Origin: Alphaproteobacteria bacterium
Lineage (GTDB): Bacteria; Pseudomonadota; Alphaproteobacteria; JAAXGF01
Length of the DNA stretch: 64,000 nucleotides
NCBI GenBank assembly: GCA_963555825.3
Contig: CAUVXB020000002.1
Span: 1,088,001 to 1,152,000, forward strand
Reading direction: 5' to 3'
This document shows positions 21,223 through 30,017 of this stretch, one piece after another (the first letter of the stretch is position 1; each line of letters opens with the position of its first letter). The notes below the pieces were generated by a model. It saw only the letters and a program-made list of their open reading frames with translations, made no database searches and was not told the origin of the DNA. The translations under genes and the position numbers were made by a program.

Positions 21223-21956
21223 TCAGTCGCCGATATCGGGCGACATCGGCGCGGCGCCCAGATATTCGACGGCATAGGGGCCATCGCCGCGCGCGGCGAC
21301 GTGGCGCGCCATGTCGCCGCCGGCACGCGGCTCGCAGAGTTCGAGAACGTGGGGCCCGATCGCGAAGCTAGCGTCACGGCCTCCGCCGCCGCCACGCCGG
21401 GCGTTGGCTCGGTCCCGAGCAGCGCCGCGTAGTCGCGCGTCGCGCTGTCGAGGTCGGCGACCGCCAGGGTCAGGCGCGCCAAGCCGCGAACGCCGTTGGC
21501 GTGGACCCTGGCATTTCCCGCCGGCACGCGAACGGTGCGCTCAGTGACGTCCTCGATTAGAAAAGGCAGCGCGCCGCCGGCCGGCGCCGGGCCGTCCCGC
21601 CAGGCGACCTCGACGCCGTCGGGGCGGATGCGCGTACCCGCCACCGGCGCGCCGTAGTCGACGCCGCGCGCGTACGCGGCAGCAATGTCGGCCGCGACGT
21701 CATCCGAGGTCAGCATGAATTCCGAGAGGCCACCGCCCGCCTCGAGCATCGCCCAGCGGCGCGTTTCGGGCGCTGGCTCCCAGAACGCGAGCAGTTCGAT
21801 ATAGGCGCCGTCGGCGAACGGCACCAGCGCGTTGTGCGTCGCCCGCGCATGCCGGCCGCCGGGCGTCACCGTGAAGCCCAGCGCGCGGTACTCGGCCGTG
21901 AGCGCGTCGAGATCGCGGCCGATGACGATGACGTGGTCGATGCCCGTGATGGCCAT
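21223..21956 (-). pseudogene. VOC/glyoxalase-like protein with an apparent 1-bp frameshift near 21370
   Basis: IDHVIV, GGRH..THNALV, YIELL; the natural C-terminus (SFAIGPHVLEL..GDGPYAV) lies in another frame. Confidence 0.7.
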
Positions 21957-22067
21957 CGTCGGAGTATGGAATAGCTGGCCGATCGCCGGATACGACATTC
22001 ATTTGCCTTGTGCTAGCGTTGATGACCCATGGCAAATTTGTGCCGAAATTCTGTCGGGAGGAGCGCC

Positions 22068-22481
22068 ATGAGAATCGATGGCAATTGCTTGTGTGGCCAC
22101 GTCACATAGGAAGCCGAAGTCGATCCGGAAAGCGTGACCATCTGCCACTGCACCGACTGCCAAACGCACTCAGGGACGGCTTATGGCGTCGTTGTCGGCG
22201 TCGTCGACGAGAGTTTTCGCCTGTTGAGTGGCAATCTCAAGACTTACGAAAAGATTGCCGACAGCGGAACCGTGCGCGCCCTGGCGTTTTGCCCCGAATG
22301 CGGCACCAGGATACACGCCACCACCGTCGGTGAAGGCACGTCGTTCTTCGGCCTTCGCCTGGGCACCGTGCGCCAACGCGATAGCTTGAAACCCTGTCGA
22401 CAGGTTTGGTGCCGGTCCGCGCAGAATTGGGTCAGCGACCTGAGATCGATCCCACAGTTTGATACGCAATCGACGGGTTAG
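22068..22481 (+). pseudogene. GFA/CENP-V family protein with an in-frame TAG at 22107-22109
   Basis: GGAGGAG RBS; MRIDGNCLCGHVT*EAE..CHCTDCQ..FCPECG. Confidence 0.85.
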
Positions 22482-22508
22482 TCGGGGCGCGCCCTCGACT
22501 CGCCGAGT

Positions 22509-23260
22509 TCACTCAGGGTCCTCGAACAACTGCGGCCAGATGGCGTCGATATCGCGGTCGCCATGGCCATCGGCGATGCGCTTGGTCAGATGTGCCTTGA
22601 GCGGCTCATGAAATGCGTTGTCGACACCGAGCGCGTCCGCCTCGCGAAGCACCACGTCGAGCGCGGCGGCATAGATCGACAGCGTTGCGGCGACGTCCTT
22701 ATCTCTTTCGCGCAACATCTGTCCTCAGGCGTTCATCGACTCGACGGCGTCTTCGGCAGCGTAGCCGGTGAACAGCTCGATCGGTATGCCGCGCCTTTCG
22801 GCCATCGCCGCACCGTGGAAGTACGACATCACACAGCCGAAGAAACTCGAGATGACCGCCGCGCCGACTTGGGTCGAGAGAAACCCCGGCTCGGCGTCGA
22901 AGGCCTCGAAGATGCCGAGATGCGCGTCGAACAGCCGCTTGGGGCCGGCGTAGACCAGGTTGCCGGCGCCCTTCAGTACATACATCGGGTAAGTGAAGAT
23001 GAAGGCGCCCAGAAATCCGACGCCGTTCGCCGCCGCCCAGGCGGCCAGCGCCTCGACCTCCGCCGATGTCGTCATGGCGGTCTGCACGAGCGTCTTGCCG
23101 CGCAACGCCGCCGCCACGCCCTCGGTCTCAAGCACCGAGAGTGTCGCCGCGTGGTCCGTTAGATTGACGATCACCAGATCGGCGGCCTCGGCGACCTCGG
23201 CCGGCGACGACGCCACCATCGCGCCCAACGCCTCGAGCGGAGCCGCCTTGGACGGCGTCG
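22509..23260 (-). pseudogene. NAD(P)-dependent oxidoreductase (beta-hydroxyacid dehydrogenase/imine reductase-like), N-terminus lost, internal TGA at 22725
   Basis: Begins at TPSKAAPLEALGA with no GxGxMG; the frame continues past the TGA to RIADGHGDRD. Confidence 0.7.
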
Positions 23261-23317
23261 GTGGGGGTTCAAAACTGGACCCGACTGAAGTACCGTCGGC
23301 AACAAAGGACAAATGCC

Positions 23318-23698
23318 ATGACACGGATATTCGCGGCCGCCGCGCTGATGCTCGGGTTCGGATTGCCGGCGTTGGCTGGCTCGGACGCCGCCCTCGACGC
23401 CGAGATGGTGACGAGCGACGGGGACCTGCAAACGGCAATGAGGGCGATCTACGAGAGGGCCGGCATCTACAAGAGAGAGGGCGGCCTCGCCGGCGGCGTC
23501 TCGCAGGCCGTGATCGAATCCTTCGGCAACATCACCGTCTTGCATGTCGCCGGCAACATCGTGACGCTCGAGGCAAGCTTCCGTTGGACCCTCGACGACT
23601 CACAGAAGACCGGATCAGCCACCGGCATCTTCACCATGGAATCCGACGGCACGTCCTACAAGGCCCTCAAGCTCGAGACCGGCGGCAAGACCTACTAG
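23318..23698 (+). CDS. Secreted hypothetical protein
   Basis: AAGGA RBS; signal peptide MTRIFAAAALMLGFGLPALA. Confidence 0.7.
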   Translation: MTRIFAAAALMLGFGLPALAGSDAALDAEMVTSDGDLQTAMRAIYERAGIYKREGGLAGGVSQAVIESFGNITVLHVAGNIVTLEASFRWTLDDSQKTGSATGIFTMESDGTSYKALKLETGGKTY

Positions 23699-23712
23699 CC
23701 CGAGGATCGAGA

Positions 23713-24498
23713 TCAAAACGACGACAGAAAGTCCTCGGCCAATCGGTTGACGCGGTCGGGGAACTCCCAGGCCGGGAAACCGCCGGCGTCGGCGATGGTC
23801 GCGCGCCTCACGCGCGGCAGCAGCGTTTCGAGACGGTCGGCGGTGTCGTTGAAGTCGTCGACGTCGTGTTCGCCGTTGTAGAGCAGCACGGGCACCTCGA
23901 GCGACGCCAAGCGTCCGTCGATCGGCGCGACTGGCGCAGCTTGGCCGGCGTCGAGCCAGGGCGCGCCGGAGAACGACGCGACGATCGCCCAATGGGCCGC
24001 CGCGCGGCATTCCTCGGGGCGTGAGCGCATGACGTCGAACCAATCCGCCTCGTCGAACCACTGCCGGCGCGCCTCGGCGACCCCCGCCGTCCTGGCGGTG
24101 TCGCGGGCGCGTGCGAGTTCGCGATCGACGCTCGGCATGGCGTGGCCGGGCAGCACCGCGCCTTCGAGGATCATCGAGCGGAAGCGGCCCGCTCGCTCGG
24201 TGGCGAGCAGCAGGCCGAGCGCGGTGCCGGTATGCGTCGCCCAGTAATGGCACGTCTCGACCCCGGCGTTGGCTATAGCGCCGGCGACATGGGCGGCAAG
24301 TTCGCTGTGCCCGAATGGCCCGGGCACGTCGCTCGAGAGGCCGTGGCCGGGCAGGTCCACCAAGAGGATGCGGTAACGCGCCTTGAACGCCGCGACCTGG
24401 GCCGAAAACACCCGATGGTCGCCCGACATGCCGTGGACCATGACCAGCCACAGCGCTCCGTCGCGCGCCTCGAGGACCGTCTTGTAGCGCGCTGCCAC
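23713..24498 (-). CDS. Alpha/beta-fold protein with atypical catalytic motifs
   Basis: VHG, DLPGHG; ATHTG in place of GxSxG and AGGFP in place of AGH. Confidence 0.75.
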   Translation of the reverse strand: MAARYKTVLEARDGALWLVMVHGMSGDHRVFSAQVAAFKARYRILLVDLPGHGLSSDVPGPFGHSELAAHVAGAIANAGVETCHYWATHTGTALGLLLATERAGRFRSMILEGAVLPGHAMPSVDRELARARDTARTAGVAEARRQWFDEADWFDVMRSRPEECRAAAHWAIVASFSGAPWLDAGQAAPVAPIDGRLASLEVPVLLYNGEHDVDDFNDTADRLETLLPRVRRATIADAGGFPAWEFPDRVNRLAEDFLSSF

Positions 24499-24546
24499 GC
24501 TATTCAATTACCCGTCCGGCGACGATGTCGGTCTAGACGATCAGGC
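24488..24546 (-). repeat. Direct-repeat copy of the ubiA 3' end (partner at 25968-26026)
   Basis: About 52/59 nt identical by hand alignment. Confidence 0.9.
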
Positions 24547-24835
24547 ATAGAATTCGTCGAGTGCCAATCGGTGACATGGGCTACTTCAGACCCCAAAGCC
24601 TTCGTCTGATCTCAGAGCACAACGGTTCCCATCCGGATCAGAGAACTCAGCGGTCGTTCCCCATTCGTAGTGGCTTACTTCGATGGTCACACCTTTGCTC
24701 CTCAACTCGGTGCAAACCGCATCGACGTTCGGCACATTGAAGCGAAACTTTGTTGGGCATTGGTCGATGGGTTTAACATTTGAGTGCGAATAACCGCCAG
24801 TCTCGATCATCAGGTAGACGCCGCCCAGTTCAAAG

Positions 24836-25590
24836 CTTGCCTATCCGGTTATCACCCACACCCACTATATGTAGTGTGTCTCCTTGGACTGCAGGCAAGG
24901 GCCGGCGCAGGCGCATTGAGGAGGCGATCCGGCTAATTCTTGATTGTTCTGAAAACCGAACCGGAGTTTAATTCACGTCACGTACTTAACATCGGGGGAC
25001 GGAACGGTGGCGACCAAGGGAAAAACGAAGAAACCCACGGCCAGACGGGAAGCTGCTGATGAAACGACATCGTCTGAGCGATTGACGGCACTAGTCGAAG
25101 AAAGCGACGCGCTGGCACGAATCGTTGCGAAGAACCCGTCCGCGCCTGTTAGTCTCCTGCGCGTTTTGAGTCGCAGCGAAGACGAAGCGACACGCAAGAA
25201 CGTGATCCTCAATCCGTTTACTCCATATGACGTATTGAGCGAACTTGAAAACCAGTTCACAGAGCTATTTGTGAATAATCCGGCACTCGAATCCTACAAT
25301 TCAATGAAGCTCTGATTTCCTGGAATATTCCATCGGTGTCGTTCACCTCCGATTTCAGATAAATTTCAATGAAGTGACGGTCCTTTATGCAACGTGGCGT
25401 TTTGCCAAATCCGACTCAATGATTAGGATTTCCACCACGCTAAAGTGTCGCCTAAAAGCCGCTACAATGCCGTCCGAGTCCCTGCTCGGCATCGCCGGAG
25501 ATATCTCCGCTTCGACCTGCACCGAGCTTTACTCAGGAAAATGGGTGCACACTACATATAGTGGGTGTGGGTGATAACCGGATAGGCAAG
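24836..25590. mobile_element. Non-autonomous IS1595-type element (mobile insertion cassette) with a passenger gene
   Basis: Perfect 43-bp TIRs CTTGCCTATCCGGTTATCACCCACACCCACTATATGTAGTGTG; 8-bp TSD GTTCAAAG; no transposase. Confidence 0.9.
25007..25315 (+). CDS. Passenger protein with LRV/HEAT-like repeats
   Basis: VAKNPSAP..L..L, VILNPFTP..L..L, NNPAL periodicity. Confidence 0.6.
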   Translation: MATKGKTKKPTARREAADETTSSERLTALVEESDALARIVAKNPSAPVSLLRVLSRSEDEATRKNVILNPFTPYDVLSELENQFTELFVNNPALESYNSMKL

Positions 25591-25979
25591 GTTCAAAGCA
25601 CGTTAATTGCTCGCCAGGTCGATTTATCTCGAAGAGGAGATCCAATCCGAGAATGTCGCCGTAGAAATTTACGCATTCTGGATATTTCTCGGTGTAAAGA
25701 ATGAGTCCAGCCTTGGAGAAATCCATGAGTCTACTCCGGGTATCCTCGGACAAGTGAATACTTGATAAAATATGCGAGGCTTTTTAGTCAAGTGAAAACT
25801 TGGTATATTATGATGACACGGGCAACCGACGTTAAGACGGCTGGATGAAGTGCTAACCAGCGCTCATATGACGGAGTGCGAATAATTTCAGTGCGTTAGT
25901 ATTGCCGTATGCGGAAAGGATGTTCCCCCTAGGCGCAAAATCCATCCATCTGTCGGCAATTGGCGCACGCGCTGCCACG

Positions 25980-26903
25980 CTAACCAATCACCCGTCCGGC
26001 GACGATGGCGGCGAAGACGATCAGGCCGAGCCATTTGTTCGACTTGAATTTAGCCAGGCAGTCGGCCGGCGCGTCGATGTCGACCCGCGCCGCCTGCCAG
26101 GCGAGCTGGGCGGCGGCCAGGCCGAGGCCGATATAGAACGGCCAGGCGAGACCGGCCAACCAGCCGGCGACGCCGATCAGGGCGGCGGCGGCGCAATAAA
26201 AGGCGTAGAGCCAGGGCCGGGTCGCCTCGCCCAGCCTGCGGGCCGAGGACTTGACGCCGATCAGCGCGTCGTCCTCTTTGTCCTGATGCGCATAGATCGT
26301 GTCGTAGCCGAGCGTCCAGGCGATGCCCGCGGCGTAGAGCGCGATTGGCGGCGCATCGACGGTCCCGGTCACCGCCGCCCAGCCCACCAGCGCGCCCCAG
26401 TTGAAGGTCAGGCCGAGCCACGCCTGGGGCCACCAGGTGATGCGCTTCATGAAGGGATAGAAGCCGATCAGCGGCAGCGAGGCGATGCCGAGCCAGATCG
26501 CCACGGTGCCGAGCTGGACCAGGATGGCGAAGCCAATCGCGAGCAGAACGCCGAGCAAGACGAGGGCCTGGGTGAGCGAGACGTCGCCGCTCGGCAGCGG
26601 CCGTGTCGCGGTGCGCGCGACGCGGCCGTCGATGTCGCGGTCGGCGATGTCGTTGACCGTGCAGCCGGCGCCGCGCATGACCAGCGCGCCGACCGCGAAC
26701 AACGCCATGAGCCACGGGTCCGGCCAGCCGGGCGCGGCGAGCGCCAGGCTCCACCAGCACGGCCACAACAGCAGCCAGGTGCCGATCGGCCGGTCGAGCC
26801 GCATGAGCCGGGCATAGGGCCGTACCGGCGCCGGCGCGTAACGGTCGAGCCAGCCGCCGACCGCGATGTCGGTGCGCGCTGCTGCCTGGGCGATCTTGGG
26901 CAT
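25980..26903 (-). CDS. ubiA: 4-hydroxybenzoate polyprenyltransferase
   Basis: RLDRPIGTWLL, NDIADRDID, YDTIYAHQDKEDD. Confidence 0.95.
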   Translation of the reverse strand: MPKIAQAAARTDIAVGGWLDRYAPAPVRPYARLMRLDRPIGTWLLLWPCWWSLALAAPGWPDPWLMALFAVGALVMRGAGCTVNDIADRDIDGRVARTATRPLPSGDVSLTQALVLLGVLLAIGFAILVQLGTVAIWLGIASLPLIGFYPFMKRITWWPQAWLGLTFNWGALVGWAAVTGTVDAPPIALYAAGIAWTLGYDTIYAHQDKEDDALIGVKSSARRLGEATRPWLYAFYCAAAALIGVAGWLAGLAWPFYIGLGLAAAQLAWQAARVDIDAPADCLAKFKSNKWLGLIVFAAIVAGRVIG

Positions 26904-26916
26904 GGTAGGCTCCACT

Positions 26917-27675
26917 ATGCGAGACGTTCCGCCACGCCGTCAACGCGCGCCCCGCCTGTTCGTCGACGCGCCGCTCGCCGCCGGGGCGGCGCTCGCGCTC
27001 GCGCCGCCACAGGCGCATTACGTGACCCGGGTGATGCGCCGCAAGCCGGGCGATGCACTCATGCTGTTCAACGGTCGCGACGGCGAATGGCGCGCCGAGA
27101 TCGAGGCGGCGCGCAAGGGCTGCGCGGTGAACGTCGTCGAATGCAGCCGCGCGCAGGCCGCCGGCCCCGACGTCTGGCTCGTCTTCGCAGCCGTCAAGCG
27201 CGCGCCGATCGACCTGATCGCCACCAAGGCGACCGAGCTCGGCGTTGCCGCCCTGTGCCCCGTCACCACACGGCACACCGCGGTCGGCCGCGTCAACCTC
27301 GACCGATTGCGCGCCAACGCGGTCGAGGCGGCCGAGCAGTGCGGCCGCCTGGATGTGCCCGATTGCCGCGCCCCAGCCGCGTTCGACGACCTGATCGCCG
27401 GCTGGCCGGAAGGGCGCCGTGCCCTCGTGTGCGACGAGACCGGCGGCGGCGCGCCAATCGCCCAGGCGCTCGCCGAGGCCGCGCGCGAGCCCGCGACGCC
27501 CTGGGCGATCGTTTCCGGACCCGAAGGCGGTTTCGCCGACGATGAAATCCGCGCGCTCACCGCGTTGCCGGGCGCGCTTCGCGTCGGCCTCGGCCCGCGC
27601 ATTCTGCGCGCCGAAACCGCGGCGCTCGCCGCCCTCGCCTGCTGGCAGGCTGCGCTCGGCGATTGGTCCGCCTAA
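26917..27675 (+). CDS. rsmE: 16S rRNA m3U1498 methyltransferase
   Basis: KATELG, AAEQCGR, GPEGGF, LGPRILRAETA. Confidence 0.95.
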   Translation: MRDVPPRRQRAPRLFVDAPLAAGAALALAPPQAHYVTRVMRRKPGDALMLFNGRDGEWRAEIEAARKGCAVNVVECSRAQAAGPDVWLVFAAVKRAPIDLIATKATELGVAALCPVTTRHTAVGRVNLDRLRANAVEAAEQCGRLDVPDCRAPAAFDDLIAGWPEGRRALVCDETGGGAPIAQALAEAAREPATPWAIVSGPEGGFADDEIRALTALPGALRVGLGPRILRAETAALAALACWQAALGDWSA

Positions 27676-27698
27676 CGTGTCGCCGCGTCTATTAAACA

Positions 27699-27793
27699 TA
27701 AGCAGTATATATTTAATTCGCTCAATGGCCTTCGTCGGGGCGCTCCGGCTTGGACGCGACACGTCCAATCGGCAAGAAAATATATACTGCTTA
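27699..27793. repeat. AT-rich insert bounded by a perfect 16-bp inverted repeat, followed by a second copy of the rsmE 3' end (27811-27837)
   Basis: TAAGCAGTATATATTT / AAATATATACTGCTTA; GCTGCGCTCGGCGA(T/C)TGG is repeated. Confidence 0.8.
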
Positions 27794-27837
27794 CAATTAT
27801 CAGGGTGGCTGCTGCGCTCGGCGACTGGCGCGATTGA

Positions 27838-28308
27838 CTACAGATCGAATTCCAACCGGGGGCCGATCTCGGTGAAGCCATAGCGCTTGTAGAAGTCGAC
27901 CGTGCGCTGCCAGCGCGGCAGATCGGGCGCGCCGACTTCGATCATGCGCTAGCCGCGCGCGCGGCCGAACGCGGCGGCGGCGTCGGTCAGCTTGGCGGCG
28001 ACCCCGGCCGAGCGATGGTCGGGCCGGACGTAGAGCTCGGAGATCTCGCCGAATCGGCCACGCGCGTAGATCGCGGCGCATTCATTCAGCGTCAGCACGC
28101 CGATCGCCCGGCCGTCCCGGGTTTCCGCCAGATACGCCCAAACGTCGTCGCCGCCCAGCAGCCCGGCGGCGACCGGCATGAGCTCGTCGACGGTCAGGGT
28201 CCCGGCATAGGAGGGCACCAGCTCGAGCAGCAATTCGAACACCAGCGTGGCCACCGTCGCGGCATCCTCGGGCGTCGCCTGGCGGACGGCGATGTCGGGC
28301 GTGGTCAT
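27838..28308 (-). pseudogene. GNAT acetyltransferase with an in-frame TAG at 27949-27951
   Basis: ELYVRPDHRSAGVA; the frame resumes RMIEVGAP..FYKRYGF after the stop. Confidence 0.85.
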
Positions 28309-28319
28309 CGCCGGCCTCC

Positions 28320-29663
28320 TCAATACGGCCCCGGGACGATCTCGCTGCCGTCGAAGAAGCGCGCCGGGCGGAAGCGGGCGAGGTCGTGGCCGACTGGGCG
28401 GCCGGTCAGCAGGTCGGCCATGACGCGGCCGATCGCCGGGCCGATGCCGAAGCCGTGGCCGCTCAGGCCGGTCGCGTGGTAGAGCCCCGGCAAACCGGGT
28501 TCCTCGCCGAGGGTGGGCACCGCGTCGGGCGTCACGTCGATCATGCCGGCCCAGGCCTCGGCGAGCTTGACGCCGGCCAGCGCGGGAAAGCGCCGGGGCA
28601 GGCGGTCGACGATGCGCTTGACGACGAGCGGCGAAGGCGCCGGGTCGAGCACGCGCATGCGCTCGAACGGGCTCACGGCATCGGCCGACCAGCGGCGCGG
28701 CGTGCCCCAGGCGCCGGGATAGCCCTTGGGCGCGGCTGGGTGCAGATGCACGTCCTTGTCCGACGTCCTCATGACCTTGAGGAACTTGACGAAGTATTTG
28801 AACGAGTCGGGCGACAGATAGTGGTCGGCTCCGTCGCCGGTGGCGACCGTGTAGCCGCCGTCGGCCCGGCGCCGCAGCGCGAGGCCGGGGGTCGAGAGGT
28901 TGTTCTCGTAAGGCGCCGCCGGCGCCGGCTCGGTGCGCGCCGCGGTCGAGCGGACCGCGAGCTGCGGCAGGTCGACGCCGGCGTTGGCCGCGAAATGGCT
29001 CGACCAGACGCCGGCGGCAAGCAGCACGCGGTCGCAGCGCACCCGGCCCCGCTCGGTCACGACGCCGGCGACGCGGCCCGCGGAGACGTCGAGCGCGCGG
29101 ACCGCGCAGTCTTCGATGACGATGGCGCCCGACCCGCGCGCCGCCCGGGCGAGCGCCGGCACCGCGACCGATGGCTCGGCGCGGCCGTCGGTCGCGGTCA
29201 CCATGGCGGCGATCCAATCGCCGCCGAGACCGGGGAAGCGCGCCGCGACCTCTTCCTTGGTGAGCATCGCGGTGTCGAGCTGGTGCTGTTTGGCGAGCTC
29301 GTGCCAGCCCTCGTGTTTGCCGAGCTGCGCTTGGTCGTCGATCAGATAGATGCAGCCTGAGGCTGTGAAGGCGAGAACGGCCTCGCCGGTCTCGGCCGCC
29401 AGGCCGCGCCAGATACGGTTGGCCTCCATCATGATCGGCAGCTCGGCCCGGTCGCGGCCCTGCTGGCGCACCCAGCCCCAGTTGCGGCTCGACTGCTCGC
29501 CGGCCACGCGGCCCTTCTCGCAGAGCAGGACCTTGGTCCCGTGGCGCGCCAGGAAATAGGCGGTCGCGGTGCCGGCGATGCCGGCGCCGACGATAGCGAC
29601 GTCGACTGCCTCGGGCAGCGCGTCGGCGAAGGCGATGGGTGAGCGCTCGGTGATCGTCGGCAT
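28320..29663 (-). CDS. FAD-dependent oxidoreductase (D-amino acid oxidase family)
   Basis: GAGIAG, EQSSRNWGW, SGHGFGIGP. Confidence 0.9.
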   Translation of the reverse strand: MPTITERSPIAFADALPEAVDVAIVGAGIAGTATAYFLARHGTKVLLCEKGRVAGEQSSRNWGWVRQQGRDRAELPIMMEANRIWRGLAAETGEAVLAFTASGCIYLIDDQAQLGKHEGWHELAKQHQLDTAMLTKEEVAARFPGLGGDWIAAMVTATDGRAEPSVAVPALARAARGSGAIVIEDCAVRALDVSAGRVAGVVTERGRVRCDRVLLAAGVWSSHFAANAGVDLPQLAVRSTAARTEPAPAAPYENNLSTPGLALRRRADGGYTVATGDGADHYLSPDSFKYFVKFLKVMRTSDKDVHLHPAAPKGYPGAWGTPRRWSADAVSPFERMRVLDPAPSPLVVKRIVDRLPRRFPALAGVKLAEAWAGMIDVTPDAVPTLGEEPGLPGLYHATGLSGHGFGIGPAIGRVMADLLTGRPVGHDLARFRPARFFDGSEIVPGPY

Positions 29664-29729
29664 GCGGCCGTCTCGCGCCTTTCGGGAAGCTGACTGGGGT
29701 TGGGGTGTACCGCCGCCCGGGTCGGGCGG

Positions 29730-29798
29730 TCAACCTTCGCCGGTCTCGACGACGCCGTCGGCGGCCGGCCGGTTGACCTCGCCGGCGCCGTAACCGAA
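29730..29798 (-). repeat. Second copy of the CoA-transferase 3' end (partner from 31028)
   Basis: 27/28 nt identical at the stop end; encodes GYGAGEVNRPAADGVVETGEG* versus GYASEDVDRLVSAGVVETGEG*. Confidence 0.85.
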
Positions 29799-29952
29799 CG
29801 AGCGTCTTCGGATACCGGATTGCACCCTGGCCGGATCTCCGACGCACCGAGCGCCCCATCCCAAGACCCCGTGTAAGTTGTAGAATAAGAATTTAAATGA
29901 AACTACGGTCGTGCTACCGTCTTGGGCGCTTGGGAGGAATCATCTGGGAAAT

Positions 29953-30004
29953 CCCGGAGAAAGCCTCTCGCGCGAAGACCCGGAGAAAGCCTCTCGCGCG
30001 AAGA
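29953..30004 (+). repeat. Perfect 26-bp tandem duplication upstream of the GH18-like gene
   Basis: CCCGGAGAAAGCCTCTCGCGCGAAGA x2. Confidence 0.9.
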
Positions 30005-30017
30005 AAGGGGTATCGAC

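Larger units (their letters stand above)
24586..25726 (-). pseudogene. VOC/glyoxalase protein split by a 755-bp TIR element
   Basis: MDFSKAG..LTCFE joins LGGVYLMIETGG..DPDGNR in frame (378 nt) after removing the element and one TSD. Confidence 0.9.

Noticed and set aside
20328-21998. 556-aa VOC-MOSC fusion protein
   Set aside because: The linker is out-of-frame VOC sequence plus intergenic DNA; a 1-bp frameshift near 21370 explains it, and MOSC has its own RBS and ATG at 21119.
23260-23290. IS21-like end remnant (GGGGGTTCAAAACTGGACCC) at the oxidoreductase truncation point
   Set aside because: Single short motif with no partner end or transposase.
22107-27951. Stop-codon recoding (in-frame TAG/TGA in the GFA, oxidoreductase and GNAT genes)
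   Set aside because: Many intact genes here end in TAG or TGA; the stops are single-base changes from likely Trp/Tyr codons, and no pyl/sel genes are in the window.
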